DNA of 64,000 bases, from IMG/VR virus record IMGVR_UViG_3300020048_000029, positions 32,001 to 96,000 of that record; one strand, 5' to 3'. Position numbers and translations under genes: made by a program. Below the pieces are notes generated by a model. It was not told where the DNA came from and made no database searches. It saw nothing but the letters and a program-made list of their open reading frames with translations. Origin of the DNA: a virus. Positions within the stretch are counted from its first letter, which is position 1; every line of letters starts with the position of its first letter. Positions 1-10,035 of this stretch are shown here, piece after piece.

Positions 1-654
1 CTGAGAGATCATGTGAGAATACTTTGTCAGTTCATACAGCCGATTAAGCGTGTGACTGATCTCAAGTATTGTAGTCTGAGAGGTTGTATCAAACTTGAAC
101 GGGTGTAGGAAGTCATCAAACTCTTCACCAAGGTTCAGGAAGACCATAAGAGAGCCGTGCGGTTTACACAGCTTGTTCTTAAAGTCTTTGCAATCCTTAT
201 ACTTGCAAAGAGTTGTACCATCTTCAAACTTACGAGGCTCGTAAGAGTAGAAGTCGGACACCTTAACCTTTTCTTCTGCAACTGTTCCAACGCCGTTTGA
301 TCTGCACATCAATCCATTGTCAGTGAATTTCCCAAGGAATGCTGAAAATACTTCTTCGGGATTTGAATGGAGCAATCTGCACGGAAGAATCGTCGGTTTG
401 TCAACACGGTTGAGCTGAACAAGTCTCGCCTGAAGTCGGTTATCAACTTCCCACTTTGGCGTGATCTTCTCGATATTGCCAACTTTTGTAACGGACGTTT
501 TCAGCTTTCTAATTTCCCAATACCCAAGAGATTTTGGGATCCCATCCTTTGTTTTGGCACCAATAGCAACTTTTCCCGCTACTTTGCGTTCAAGCTCAAT
601 TGGAGCACCATCTGGCGTATGGGTGATGCCAACGATCATAGAATTAACCATCAT
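1..654 (-). CDS. Gp3-like / recombination-directionality-factor-like phage protein, partial (runs off the window)
   Basis: Not in the ORF track because it has no stop in the window. My translation reads MMVNSMIVGITHTPDG...GKVAIG...GIPKSLGYW...LMCRSNG...C-x4-C-x7-CKPHGSLMV...FKFDTTSQTTI, which matches the remembered Gp3-like pattern. Confidence 0.55.
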   Translation of the reverse strand, partial: MMVNSMIVGITHTPDGAPIELERKVAGKVAIGAKTKDGIPKSLGYWEIRKLKTSVTKVGNIEKITPKWEVDNRLQARLVQLNRVDKPTILPCRLLHSNPEEVFSAFLGKFTDNGLMCRSNGVGTVAEEKVKVSDFYSYEPRKFEDGTTLCKYKDCKDFKNKLCKPHGSLMVFLNLGEEFDDFLHPFKFDTTSQTTILEISHTLNRLYELTKYSHMISQ

Positions 655-676
655 AACAACTTTCTTAAAATGAAAA

Positions 677-701
677 GGCCCAGCAACATAATTGCCGGGC
701 C
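677..701 (-). terminator. Intrinsic terminator after the SSB gene
   Basis: Minus strand GGCCCGGCAA-TTATG-TTGCTGGGCC followed by TTTT. Confidence 0.65.
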
Positions 702-723
702 AGGTACGGTATCTGCATTAAGA

Positions 724-1500
724 CTAGAACGGAAGATCGTCCTCTACAGGTGTTCCACCAGCTTCGTTAGAACTACTTTCAGTCTTTGGTGCATCACCGA
801 ATCCAGAACTACTTGAAGAGCCGTCGTTTTCAGCTTCGGCTTTTTCACGAGTTTTGAACTCATTGTAAGAAATCATGTCAACAACAGATTTGGAGTCGGC
901 GGTCGCGCGAACAATTTTGCTCATGTTTACTTCAGGGTCACCACTTTTACTGATGCCATCGGTAAGAGTCACAAGAACTGTTTCGGTCAAGCCATGGCTC
1001 GAAACGATTTCAACGGTGTCAGCAGTAGGCTTTTTCAGTTTAGACTGGAGTTTTGACAAAACCCATTCTTGATCTGTAAGCTTAATTTCTGCACCTTCTG
1101 GGAGCATAGCCATGATACGCGGCTTTGCCATGTTCATGAGTTTTTCCTGATCAACCTGTGAAGATCCGGCTTTCGCAATGAAAGGGATATAAACAGTAAA
1201 TGTTGATCCAGCGCGAATGTCAAGCACATCTTCAACCAGTTCAAGCCGAACTACAACCATGAGGTTGTCATTCTTTGAAAGCTTTACTTCTGGGTATCGA
1301 ACGAGCTTGTTGTTATCTTTCTTGACGATGTATGCCTCGTCGATGGCACGCATCAAGAAATTACCAGCGCATTTAATCTGAGAACGTTTAGTAAATCCAC
1401 CTTCATCAACTTCTTTTGCAGCAGTTTGTGCAGCAGCAGCAGCTTTTACGTCTTCTTCACTAAGCGTACCGAAAAACCCATTAACGTCACTTGTAGCCAT
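724..1500 (-). CDS. Putative single-stranded DNA-binding protein
   Basis: 258 aa with a Ser/Gly-rich linker and acidic C-terminal EDDLPF tail, like the SSB-Ct DDDIPF; lies in the replication cluster. Confidence 0.6.
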   Translation of the reverse strand: MATSDVNGFFGTLSEEDVKAAAAAQTAAKEVDEGGFTKRSQIKCAGNFLMRAIDEAYIVKKDNNKLVRYPEVKLSKNDNLMVVVRLELVEDVLDIRAGSTFTVYIPFIAKAGSSQVDQEKLMNMAKPRIMAMLPEGAEIKLTDQEWVLSKLQSKLKKPTADTVEIVSSHGLTETVLVTLTDGISKSGDPEVNMSKIVRATADSKSVVDMISYNEFKTREKAEAENDGSSSSSGFGDAPKTESSSNEAGGTPVEDDLPF

Positions 1501-2149
1501 TTTGTCTCCTCATTTTTAACACTGGGTACTTTTTTAAGAAATCCACAATAGAAACATTCACATTCACATGCCAACGGGTGTCAATAACCTCGCACGGCTG
1601 TTTACGGAAATCATCTTTGGGATACAGACAAAATGCAACACGGACAGGTTCGACGTCAACCTTTATTTCATCCGCATTAAACATTTTTAAAAATACACCA
1701 ACTCCCTCTTTTGGGAGCAGGAGAAAATCAATATCCTCTTGATCCGGAGTGAGAGCGCCTGCCACGGCTCTCTCAAGTGGATCAAAAGATTTACACATAA
1801 AACAAGAGTGAAACATAAGGAATCTCTTGACTTCCCTATTCGCATTCAAGTTCTTTTCCATCACCTTATTAAGGTTCAATTCATAATAAGATGCAAGCGT
1901 AAGCAACCTGCTTATCTTGAGTCGGATAGTGGGCTCTTTCGAGCACCACCCTTCAGCATCCAACTCAAGAACAAAAGCATAAGTGTACTTTACACTATCG
2001 TTATTACACAAATCATGGTCCGATATCACCGTGTCAGGCTTATTCCAAAGACGAAGCAGCTCTCGCAATTTCTTCTGCCGTCTTATCAGATTTCCTATCA
2101 GGTTGACTTGCCTTGACCACTCCTGCATCAAGTTTATTGTTCGGTTCAA
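1487..2149 (-). CDS. Hypothetical protein (true start probably downstream of 2149)
   Basis: 220-aa ORF between primase-helicase and SSB, overlapping both. Confidence 0.55.
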   Translation of the reverse strand: MNRTINLMQEWSRQVNLIGNLIRRQKKLRELLRLWNKPDTVISDHDLCNNDSVKYTYAFVLELDAEGWCSKEPTIRLKISRLLTLASYYELNLNKVMEKNLNANREVKRFLMFHSCFMCKSFDPLERAVAGALTPDQEDIDFLLLPKEGVGVFLKMFNADEIKVDVEPVRVAFCLYPKDDFRKQPCEVIDTRWHVNVNVSIVDFLKKYPVLKMRRQNGYK

Positions 2150-5100
2150 ATGAGTCCCCTACCTCTTTGTAGTAAGTCCTCAGCCATTCAGAGAACGCTT
2201 TTGTCTTTATGTACTTCCGTCTGAGCGGTTGGAAACATCTTGCAAGAAGCAAGGTGTTAAACAATAGTCCGCCGCTGTCCGCCATTCTGATAGCAGTCTT
2301 GTACTTACACGAGAACGGGTCGTACATGTACTTTTCAGAAGACTGGACTTCAAGAAGATATGTAGAGAACATGCGAATGATATCCTTTTCGGAAAAGTCA
2401 TTCGTATTCATAAGCATCTTCAAAAGTTGAGGGTTCAATATAGATTTAAGGAATTCAATGTTGCCGACACTCGACTCCTCGATTTTCATCTTGGAGAACT
2501 CGTCAAGCTTCATGTTAGGAGAAGAGTAAAGCTTATCGATGTACAAAGCCATGTATTCAACAAAGACCTTCCTTACGTAGATCTTGTTGCAATCCTCTGT
2601 TGTAGAGTAAAGCATACCGGCAAGAGATAGAGGAAGCCTTATCAGCTTCGACATCATCTCAATGTTCACCATCAAAGTTTCAGACACATACTTTCCTGTA
2701 AGCCACGTTACCCATTTATCGACCTCTTCACGATATCCTTCTTCGTAAACAACATCAGAAACGCTTCTGGACCAAGCCCATTTAATAAGCGTTCTACACT
2801 GGTAAGAAGTGTACTCGGTACCAATGGGTCTGTAAACGCTTTTGGGGGCGTCAACGTCTCCCTGTCGAATCAGAATACCAATATCAAACCTGGTAATAAC
2901 TCGGTCAGATACGAACAAGTCTCTTGCAAACGGTATCAGCCCAACATCGGAGTTTGTTCCATGGTCAGAGTCGTCTCTTGCATTTGATATGAAAATCTTT
3001 CTAACTCTCGCAAGAGTCTTTCCTGATTTGATCGTATCAACAGCAACTTCTCCACCACTTCTCATCTCTGTCATGTCAGACATCACCTCTGGATGGATCT
3101 TGGACGCTTCGTCGAGTGTAATTATGCTTCCGTGGTTCTTTGGGAGTTTACCCCAAACAACTACAGACTTACCATTCGACGCTTTACCCATACCACCGAG
3201 AAGCCCTGATCGAGTCATAGCAGATGATCCTCCAGCAATCTCTCCAACTTGATAATGCTTGTGCATCCATCTTGTCGCTTGAGATTTTCCGCATCGAGAG
3301 TCACCAAGGATAAATATCTCAACCCACCCTCTACTAACACCAGGAGCCACAACAGGATTGTCAATGACAAGCTGGGAGTGGAAAGCTAGGTCACTCAAAA
3401 AGAACAGGTCGTCTCGACTCACAATTCCGGCGTCCCCCGAAAGGATCGCGTACTTATGATCAAGCTTTTCCTTTATCGCATTAACTGTCCACTCTTCTGG
3501 ACTGAATATGTCAGAAAGCATCTCGTCATACTGTGCATTCATCTTGAACTTCTCAGTGCTTGTTTCAAGAGCTCTTACGTTGTTCGTGAAAATCACATTA
3601 TGTCCGAAATCCCATGACTTAACGATGTTCCCGGTTATAACGTATGACTTGTTTTCCTTGATGTCAGGACTGTCATCGTTATGAACGTAAACAACATCCA
3701 TCGAACAGTCAGTGAAAGATGTCACCTCAGACTCAGACTTTTCACTTGGAGCCGTATCCTTGTAGCCGGTAGTATCATTTGACACAGACATAATCGTTAT
3801 CCGTCTGATATCATTTTCAACAAAGCTACATCTTGTACAGTGCTGCGGTATGTCCATTATCATCTTGATATTGTCCATATATGCTCGCTGGCGCTGACCA
3901 ATGAGGCCCATTATCTCACCTGGCTTTATCACGGTGCGCTCAATGGTACTCTTCCCGAAACCAACTGTGAAGTTTATAATAAGACTGCTCGCGTCCGGAT
4001 CTGTAAACTCAGATCTTTTCAGCATTGAACACTCTTTACACTTCGCGTTGTTGTAATCGTCGTCTTCAAGCTTTGGGCAAGTAAACGTGACACTGTCAGG
4101 GATGTTGTAGGAAGTAGGATCCATAGATGTAACCTGAGCAATAATCTCAAGAGTTTTTGTCCCATCACTTGTAAAGTACGTGCTCTTGTTAGCTTCAACG
4201 AGAGACACCTTATAAGTCATGTCTGACGCTCTATCCTCATTTTCAGAGTAGACATCAGTAAGCTCTATGAGCTCCTCAAAAGCTTTTGTTGCACGCTCTC
4301 CGAACCCTTGCTTTTTAAACCAGTCAGTCAAGTCTGATTCAACTCGCTTAGTTTTCTTTGTACCTGCAATTTTTTCGACATTTTCAGGATCGAGACCGTT
4401 CGGGTTTATTTCAGATTTGTCAAAGTCAATGATCTTAATCTGCTTCGCATACTTGTAGAGATTCCCTGCAAGTTTTAAAGCTCCTTCTCTTCCGGCTTTA
4501 TCCGGGTCAAAGGCTATGACTATGCTCTTCCCAGAGAATATCTGGTCAGCTTCATACTCACCAAAAATCTTATCAATATCAACATTTGAACATGACCCAA
4601 AAGTTCCTATGCCACCAATATTGTGAGAGTATGCGGTTATCATGTCTGGCTCGCCCTCGGTGATAATTATCCTGTCACAAGAAAAGCTTTCCATCGGTAT
4701 CGGGTACATAGTCTTGTAACCAGCATAAGGATACACCCATTTTTCGGCCTTATTGACCGCAACAGGATTGTAGTGCTTTATGTTCATTACTTTTCCGGTT
4801 CCGTCGAGAAGAGGTATTGTAAAACACTTCAAATCTTCGGTTATTCCGATTCCAAGACGGCTCAAATGCTGAGGCGTAGCGTGCCGGTTTTCCTTCCAGT
4901 ACGAAAGCCCAAGCTCGTAGTTCATAAGTCTTTCACAAGCGTCTTTTACAATCTCTTCGCCATTTGGAATTGGCGTGTCAGATGCATTTCCTGAGAATTT
5001 CGCGTAATCCTCAAACTCTTTTTTCTTTTTAGACAAGATTGCAGCGATTGCCCCGTCAGCCTTGTAAGTCTCAGGGTCAGTGTACATGCTCTTGCTTATT

Positions 5101-5411
5101 CCAACATGAGTTTCAATGAAATCATAGATCTTCATGTTAGGATATTTGGTTGCAACAAACTTATAAAAAAAAGATTCTAAGTGACCGCGTGTTCCGCAGG
5201 TGTGACACTTGTAAGCCCCTGTGTAATTATCCACGCTGCATGAAGGGTGGACATCTTTTCCGCCAAGATGCTCTCCGTCATTAGGACAAGGAATGTTGCC
5301 TGATGGCTTAGCTCCTACGATCCCCGCATGCTGAATGTAGAAATCTCTAAACCGCCCGGACAGCATTGCTTTGGCATCTTCGCACATCCGTGCTATTTGC
5401 TCATTAGTCAT
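2040..5411 (-). CDS. DnaG-type primase (Zn-finger + TOPRIM) fused to an MCM-like AAA+ helicase
   Basis: N-terminal CPND...H...CHTC Zn finger; TOPRIM ITEGEPD and FDPDKAG; central Cys clusters (CPK, CKEC, HCTRC); Walker A GDSRCGKSQ; MCM-like SSAMTRSGLLGG; Walker B ITLDEASK; Arg-finger-like ITRFD. Confidence 0.85.
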   Translation of the reverse strand: MTNEQIARMCEDAKAMLSGRFRDFYIQHAGIVGAKPSGNIPCPNDGEHLGGKDVHPSCSVDNYTGAYKCHTCGTRGHLESFFYKFVATKYPNMKIYDFIETHVGISKSMYTDPETYKADGAIAAILSKKKKEFEDYAKFSGNASDTPIPNGEEIVKDACERLMNYELGLSYWKENRHATPQHLSRLGIGITEDLKCFTIPLLDGTGKVMNIKHYNPVAVNKAEKWVYPYAGYKTMYPIPMESFSCDRIIITEGEPDMITAYSHNIGGIGTFGSCSNVDIDKIFGEYEADQIFSGKSIVIAFDPDKAGREGALKLAGNLYKYAKQIKIIDFDKSEINPNGLDPENVEKIAGTKKTKRVESDLTDWFKKQGFGERATKAFEELIELTDVYSENEDRASDMTYKVSLVEANKSTYFTSDGTKTLEIIAQVTSMDPTSYNIPDSVTFTCPKLEDDDYNNAKCKECSMLKRSEFTDPDASSLIINFTVGFGKSTIERTVIKPGEIMGLIGQRQRAYMDNIKMIMDIPQHCTRCSFVENDIRRITIMSVSNDTTGYKDTAPSEKSESEVTSFTDCSMDVVYVHNDDSPDIKENKSYVITGNIVKSWDFGHNVIFTNNVRALETSTEKFKMNAQYDEMLSDIFSPEEWTVNAIKEKLDHKYAILSGDAGIVSRDDLFFLSDLAFHSQLVIDNPVVAPGVSRGWVEIFILGDSRCGKSQATRWMHKHYQVGEIAGGSSAMTRSGLLGGMGKASNGKSVVVWGKLPKNHGSIITLDEASKIHPEVMSDMTEMRSGGEVAVDTIKSGKTLARVRKIFISNARDDSDHGTNSDVGLIPFARDLFVSDRVITRFDIGILIRQGDVDAPKSVYRPIGTEYTSYQCRTLIKWAWSRSVSDVVYEEGYREEVDKWVTWLTGKYVSETLMVNIEMMSKLIRLPLSLAGMLYSTTEDCNKIYVRKVFVEYMALYIDKLYSSPNMKLDEFSKMKIEESSVGNIEFLKSILNPQLLKMLMNTNDFSEKDIIRMFSTYLLEVQSSEKYMYDPFSCKYKTAIRMADSGGLLFNTLLLARCFQPLRRKYIKTKAFSEWLRTYYKEVGDSFEPNNKLDAGVVKASQPDRKSDKTAEEIARAASSLE

Positions 5412-5431
5412 TACTTTTTTCTCCGGTTAAA

Positions 5432-5457
5432 GGGGGCGGTACTTTCGTACCACCCCC
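5432..5457 (-). terminator. Intrinsic terminator-like hairpin
   Basis: Minus strand GGGGGTGGTAC-GAAA-GTACCGCCCCC followed by TTT, just after the stop of 5464..5820. Confidence 0.6.
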
Positions 5458-5463
5458 ATAGTT

Positions 5464-5820
5464 TTAGAGCTCTTCTTCAGCTTCTTCATCGGCAGCGACA
5501 TCTTCAGACCATGCTGGAGAATCGTCTTCTTCAGTAGCCGGAGTAGCCGGAGTAGCCTTAGCAGCAGGAGCAGCAGGAGCAGCTTCTTCCGCAGCAACTG
5601 GTTCTGTTACGATTGTGCTTACAACAGGTTTAATTACAGTTGCTTTCACAACACTAGGGCGGATCGCAATGGCACCAGTTTTCTTCGCTGTAAGTGTAGC
5701 TCCACACACAACATCTTCACCGATCATGAAAGCGACATCTTTGTTTCCGCTGATGCCTGACGACTGTTCAACAATAGTAATTTCGTGGCCGTGGAACTGG
5801 GTTTTAGCAAGAACGTTCAT
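5464..5820 (-). CDS. Hypothetical protein with Ala/Pro/Thr-rich and acidic tail
   Basis: ATG at 5820 preceded by GGAGG; short tandem repeats AGTAGCCGG encode TPA repeats. Confidence 0.7.
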   Translation of the reverse strand: MNVLAKTQFHGHEITIVEQSSGISGNKDVAFMIGEDVVCGATLTAKKTGAIAIRPSVVKATVIKPVVSTIVTEPVAAEEAAPAAPAAKATPATPATEEDDSPAWSEDVAADEEAEEEL

Positions 5821-5906
5821 TTTTCCTCCAAAGGAAATAGTTGTTAAGGAAGAGCTCACCTCTTGGTAAACTCTCTATCAATATTGTTATTACATTTTGA
5901 TGCGCG

Positions 5907-6230
5907 TTATAACTTAGATTTTATCGCATTGAACAGAGATTTCAAAGAACCTCTAACTCCGAGAGGTTTTGCCTCTTTGATAAAATCTCCTGTGACTGCT
6001 CTGGTCAAGTAGTTTATCGATTTCTGAAGCTCTTTGCGCCAGTCCTCTCCAGCTTTCTCGCCAGCTCTGTTCATGTGTTTCATTGCAAGAACCACATTTG
6101 TCCGAGGGATTGTTGGGATTGCAGTGTTGAGAGCAATCGATTCCATCATCTTGATGGTTTCAATTTTTCCACTTCCAGCAGCCTCAGCAGCTCTTTGAGC
6201 TGCATAGTGGTCGTCACTCTTATTCATCAT
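5907..6230 (-). CDS. DUF3310-like (T7 gp1.7-like nucleotide kinase family) protein
   Basis: HY...IETI...AMKHMNRAGEK...KELQKSINYL resembles the DUF3310 pattern HY..IE.ID..KY..RA..K..EDL.KA.WYL; adjacent to thyX. Confidence 0.55.
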   Translation of the reverse strand: MMNKSDDHYAAQRAAEAAGSGKIETIKMMESIALNTAIPTIPRTNVVLAMKHMNRAGEKAGEDWRKELQKSINYLTRAVTGDFIKEAKPLGVRGSLKSLFNAIKSKL

Positions 6231-7549
6231 TCTGGCTCAGCCTTTCCGAGTATTATGTACTCACCAATGTTAAAACCTTCTTTAGCGTAAATTCTGTCAA
6301 TAAGACTAGATGCAACTCTTGTCATAATGTCAGAGTACACAAAGTGTGCTCCGAGACCTGTACGAAGTTCGATCTCATAAATGATCTTATCAAGGGATGA
6401 CATGTGTGTAAAGTCAACAGTATTCCCAAGAAGTCTCGTGTAAACACTGTGAACTTTTTCATTAAACAGTGACAGTCTTTCGATAAAGTCTTCACTGAAC
6501 GAAACTTCTTCCGGTACGTAGAATCCATTAGAATATGAGAACTCAGCTATCTTAGATCCGCTTCTGTGCCGGTTAAGATCGCGAAGCTCAGCTATTGGAA
6601 GTCCTGTAATCTTGTACGACGCTGTTGAAAGAGAAAGAGATCTTTCTGTAAAGCTGTATCTGTCTTTCTTCCCTACAAACGACGCATGCACCAATGGGAA
6701 GAATGGGGAGTTGAAATCGGTGTCGATTTCAATGTCTTTCGTATCAACCTTATGTGTAGCCATGTGGTCGCTATAGTCTGAAGTTTCACCTTCTGCAACA
6801 GTAAGAGACGCTTCGTCTGGGAACGTGTGCTTAACAAGGCGAGGAGCGAACTTAGAAAGCTCTTTGCGACATTCATCCGCGATTTGAACAAGCTCTGGGA
6901 ACTCTGTAAAAGACGCCAACATCTTGATAACTCTCGACCATTCACGGGCGTTCATTATGTAAGCCGCAGATGTTTTTGTAGCGAAAGGAATGTAGTACCT
7001 GGCACGGTCAAGTGCGTAGTTCTTAAGCATTCTCTCTCTGACCTTAGGACTTACATCTTCAGGAATTCTTGTGAGCTCAGGATGGTTTGTCGCAAGCCTG
7101 TCGAGCTTGTTGTACTCATTGTTGTAAATCGAGAACGCCTCTGTCATAAGAGAGGTCCACTCTTCACAATGCTCTTCAGGAATTCCGATCTCTCTCGGGT
7201 CAGGAAGCGATGTTGCATCAAGTTTGATGTAACGAGTGCTTGATTCCTGTCCGTCAACGAGCTGGGCAATATCGAAGATTTTGTAAGCAGCGAACATTGT
7301 CAACCCATCGATCGCGATCGGAATTGACCCCGTCAAACCTCCGATTGAAGCATGGCCATAATCGATCATTTTGAAAATCGCGTCAACTGACTTATCCGGG
7401 TTATCCCAGTCGATTTTACCCATGATTGTTTCGAGGCCTTCGTTTGATCTGCTGTACTTGGCAAGGCAGCTTGCAAGGAGCTCTGGCGTGGCCTTTGGGG
7501 AGTCCTCAGCAGATGTTGGTGGCACGATAGCAATTGCTGTAATTTTCAT
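6227..7549 (-). CDS. thyX: FAD-dependent thymidylate synthase (long ThyX-like form)
   Basis: YGHASI, QESSTRY, DRARYYIPFATKT, MNAREW and RDLNRHR motifs; GGAGG RBS. Confidence 0.8.
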   Translation of the reverse strand: MKITAIAIVPPTSAEDSPKATPELLASCLAKYSRSNEGLETIMGKIDWDNPDKSVDAIFKMIDYGHASIGGLTGSIPIAIDGLTMFAAYKIFDIAQLVDGQESSTRYIKLDATSLPDPREIGIPEEHCEEWTSLMTEAFSIYNNEYNKLDRLATNHPELTRIPEDVSPKVRERMLKNYALDRARYYIPFATKTSAAYIMNAREWSRVIKMLASFTEFPELVQIADECRKELSKFAPRLVKHTFPDEASLTVAEGETSDYSDHMATHKVDTKDIEIDTDFNSPFFPLVHASFVGKKDRYSFTERSLSLSTASYKITGLPIAELRDLNRHRSGSKIAEFSYSNGFYVPEEVSFSEDFIERLSLFNEKVHSVYTRLLGNTVDFTHMSSLDKIIYEIELRTGLGAHFVYSDIMTRVASSLIDRIYAKEGFNIGEYIILGKAEPE

Positions 7550-7605
7550 TTTTCCTCCGAGTTTGGAATATAGGTTGGGTTACATTATAACCGCAACCCA
7601 CTTGT

Positions 7606-7890
7606 TTATTTGATACGTTTTTTGAATTCTTCAGAGTTTCCGTACTTTGCTGTAATCAAAGACTTAACTCTGATATTGTCCTTGAAAATAATAGCTCTGA
7701 TGAGCTCTTCACAGAACTCTTTGAGATCGAGATTATCTGCCGGAAACAGCATTGTATTTTCGCACTTTAGATAGAGAGTAACTATCTCATCAAAATGGTC
7801 TTCTCTTTTAGAATCGACGCATTTATTGAAATAGTCCATTACAAGTCTGACCCTATGCAGGGTCTCAAATTTCCCTTTGTCATGTTGCAT
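7606..7890 (-). CDS. Hypothetical protein
   Basis: 94-aa ORF in a tightly packed minus-strand operon, AGGAG RBS. Confidence 0.65.
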   Translation of the reverse strand: MQHDKGKFETLHRVRLVMDYFNKCVDSKREDHFDEIVTLYLKCENTMLFPADNLDLKEFCEELIRAIIFKDNIRVKSLITAKYGNSEEFKKRIK

Positions 7891-7891
7891 T

Positions 7892-8449
7892 TTATCTCCT
7901 TAAAAGAATCACAGTTCTGTCATCATAATCAATCCAAAATTTGTTGCCATCTCCAACAACTTTGAATGCTTTTGTGTATCTGAAAATATCTCTCAAATCA
8001 AGATTAATTGAATTGAAATTGTACTCGGTATCTGACACTTTGTACCCGTTAATTCTAACTTCATTGTTTGAAATAACGACGTAGTAATTTGAGTTCTCCC
8101 ACAAATCATATCTTCCAGTTGCGTCAATACTAAAAGACATATCTTCAACTCTTTTAGGTATGTGGCGCATCTCAAACGAAAGGCTTGACTCCTTGTTCTC
8201 AAAAGTAAACCCTTTTGTGGTGTATAAGCTCCCATCAAATTTACCTTCGCAAGACACTACCTGAACTATGCCATTTGGCATCCAGACATCTTCATAAAGC
8301 TCAAGGCCGTGCTTGAAAATCTTTACGAAGTAATCAGATGCTGCGTAAGCATATCCATCGGTGTTGAAGATAATTCCTCTTTCAGTATCGCGACACCACC
8401 TAATGTTCTTCGCAGCTCTCTTTGAAATTTGGATATTCAACTTCACCAT
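7892..8449 (-). CDS. Hypothetical protein
   Basis: 185-aa ORF, GGAGG RBS, abuts neighbours. Confidence 0.65.
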   Translation of the reverse strand: MVKLNIQISKRAAKNIRWCRDTERGIIFNTDGYAYAASDYFVKIFKHGLELYEDVWMPNGIVQVVSCEGKFDGSLYTTKGFTFENKESSLSFEMRHIPKRVEDMSFSIDATGRYDLWENSNYYVVISNNEVRINGYKVSDTEYNFNSINLDLRDIFRYTKAFKVVGDGNKFWIDYDDRTVILLRR

Positions 8450-8762
8450 CCTCCCACTTTATCACAGGGACGCCTTTTTTCCATGACAGAATCCCTTTTA
8501 CGCCGTCAATTTCGAACAACCCGGTAGGTTCATCAACTTCAAAGTCTTCATCAACGATGTAGTCGCTGCACAGCTTTTCGAGATCTTCGTCCTTCATAGA
8601 AGGGAAAATCTCTCTTGCGCTGTGAATAAGGTTTGAGAGCCTTAGGGCTCTCTTGCCTTCTGAGTTGTTAAAGTAGACTGCATTGTAAATCCTATTCTTC
8701 AATAGCCCTCCAGAATAATCCAAACTTACTTGCCATCTTGTGACCTCCACTGTACTCAACAA
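8400..8762 (-). CDS. Hypothetical protein
   Basis: About 120-aa ORF in the operon; start uncertain. Confidence 0.55.
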   Translation of the reverse strand: MLSTVEVTRWQVSLDYSGGLLKNRIYNAVYFNNSEGKRALRLSNLIHSAREIFPSMKDEDLEKLCSDYIVDEDFEVDEPTGLFEIDGVKGILSWKKGVPVIKWEDGEVEYPNFKESCEEH

Positions 8763-9240
8763 CTTTGTCTGCCGGTCTGATAGTGTTCATCACATTGTGA
8801 AGTCCAGTACTTCTTATCCCGTTGTACCCGTAAACATGTCTACTGCTAGACCAGTTTATCACAATCCTGATATCAAAGCTGTATATGTCAACCCAGAAGC
8901 AAATTCCTTTGTACATAAACCTGATGTAAACCCAGTCTTTTTGGACCGACATTTTTAACAGGAGGCCTTTGAAACTCTTTCCGTCTAAACTGTCTTTAGG
9001 AAACTCTTCTGCATTCAAAAGAGCCCAATTGACAATATCCTCTGGCTTTGATAATGTCTTACAGTTGACGTACCAAGGATCTGCTCCTGGCCTGATATCA
9101 GTTACGAAAGGAACATTGTAAGATCTTGCGATTTTAGCCTGCTCCTCCTTTTTAATATCAAGCTCCTTAGCTTTCTCAGCTCGGCTTACTATCACATCGA
9201 GTTCTTCACTTGTCAGGATGGAATTTCCATTCATTGCCAA
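8692..9240 (-). CDS. Hypothetical protein
   Basis: 182-aa ORF overlapping neighbours. Confidence 0.6.
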   Translation of the reverse strand: MAMNGNSILTSEELDVIVSRAEKAKELDIKKEEQAKIARSYNVPFVTDIRPGADPWYVNCKTLSKPEDIVNWALLNAEEFPKDSLDGKSFKGLLLKMSVQKDWVYIRFMYKGICFWVDIYSFDIRIVINWSSSRHVYGYNGIRSTGLHNVMNTIRPADKVVEYSGGHKMASKFGLFWRAIEE

Positions 9241-9700
9241 CTACCTTGTAATATCCGTTTATGTTTCCAAAACCTTTTACAGGAATAACTTCTCCTGTGG
9301 CGAATTCAACGAAAGCTGTGCCATTTCTTCCTTCTACTCGGATAACTTTGCAGTTAAACATGTCAAGAAATTCTCCGAGCTTCCGGTTGACATGGATGAA
9401 CTTCTTGTTGAACTCATCTACGTCTCTGACGTAGTATTTACCATCTCTTTCGTAGATAACCATTTTCGAACTTTCGTCCAAGTTAACAATTCTGTACAAA
9501 GAGTTGTTTTTGATATTCATTGCGCAGCCTGCTATTAGGCTCTTAAGGAATTTCTTTGATATGATGGCAGAGTAGCAAGTGTCAACTTCAACTTCAACTT
9601 CTCTGTTGCGATCATTGTACACGATCGTTACAAGTTCTCCGCAGCCATTCGTAGCATTTATAGCATCATCTGCAATAAGGTAATTCATGAGCATCTCCAA
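9206..9700 (-). CDS. Hypothetical protein
   Basis: 164-aa ORF; includes MVIYERDGKYYVRDVDEF segment. Confidence 0.6.
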   Translation of the reverse strand: MEMLMNYLIADDAINATNGCGELVTIVYNDRNREVEVEVDTCYSAIISKKFLKSLIAGCAMNIKNNSLYRIVNLDESSKMVIYERDGKYYVRDVDEFNKKFIHVNRKLGEFLDMFNCKVIRVEGRNGTAFVEFATGEVIPVKGFGNINGYYKVVGNEWKFHPDK

Positions 9701-10035
9701 ATCATTCCGGTTGAAAGTTCGATTAAGTACTTTGTTTTGACATGTCTTATTTCAATATCAGCAGACACGAATCCGTTTATCTCAGGGCCCCACTCAATAT
9801 CCCACAGCTCTCTGAGAGTTACCATTGCATCTTCATGCCCGATGCATTCAACCCACGCTTGATACGCACTGGTAAAAACGTCCTTTGTGTAGACAAGTTT
9901 TATGAGTGAGTCATTGCAGATCACGCTTGTGTTGTAGTACTCTTCAGGGCTGTTTCCGTGTTTTTCTTTAAAGGCTTCCTCTGACATTGAGAGGAAGTCT
10001 TTCATGATTGATTCGCTATGCAAATAATTATTCAT
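9685..10035 (-). CDS. Hypothetical protein
   Basis: 116-aa ORF in the operon. Confidence 0.6.
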   Translation of the reverse strand: MNNYLHSESIMKDFLSMSEEAFKEKHGNSPEEYYNTSVICNDSLIKLVYTKDVFTSAYQAWVECIGHEDAMVTLRELWDIEWGPEINGFVSADIEIRHVKTKYLIELSTGMIWRCS

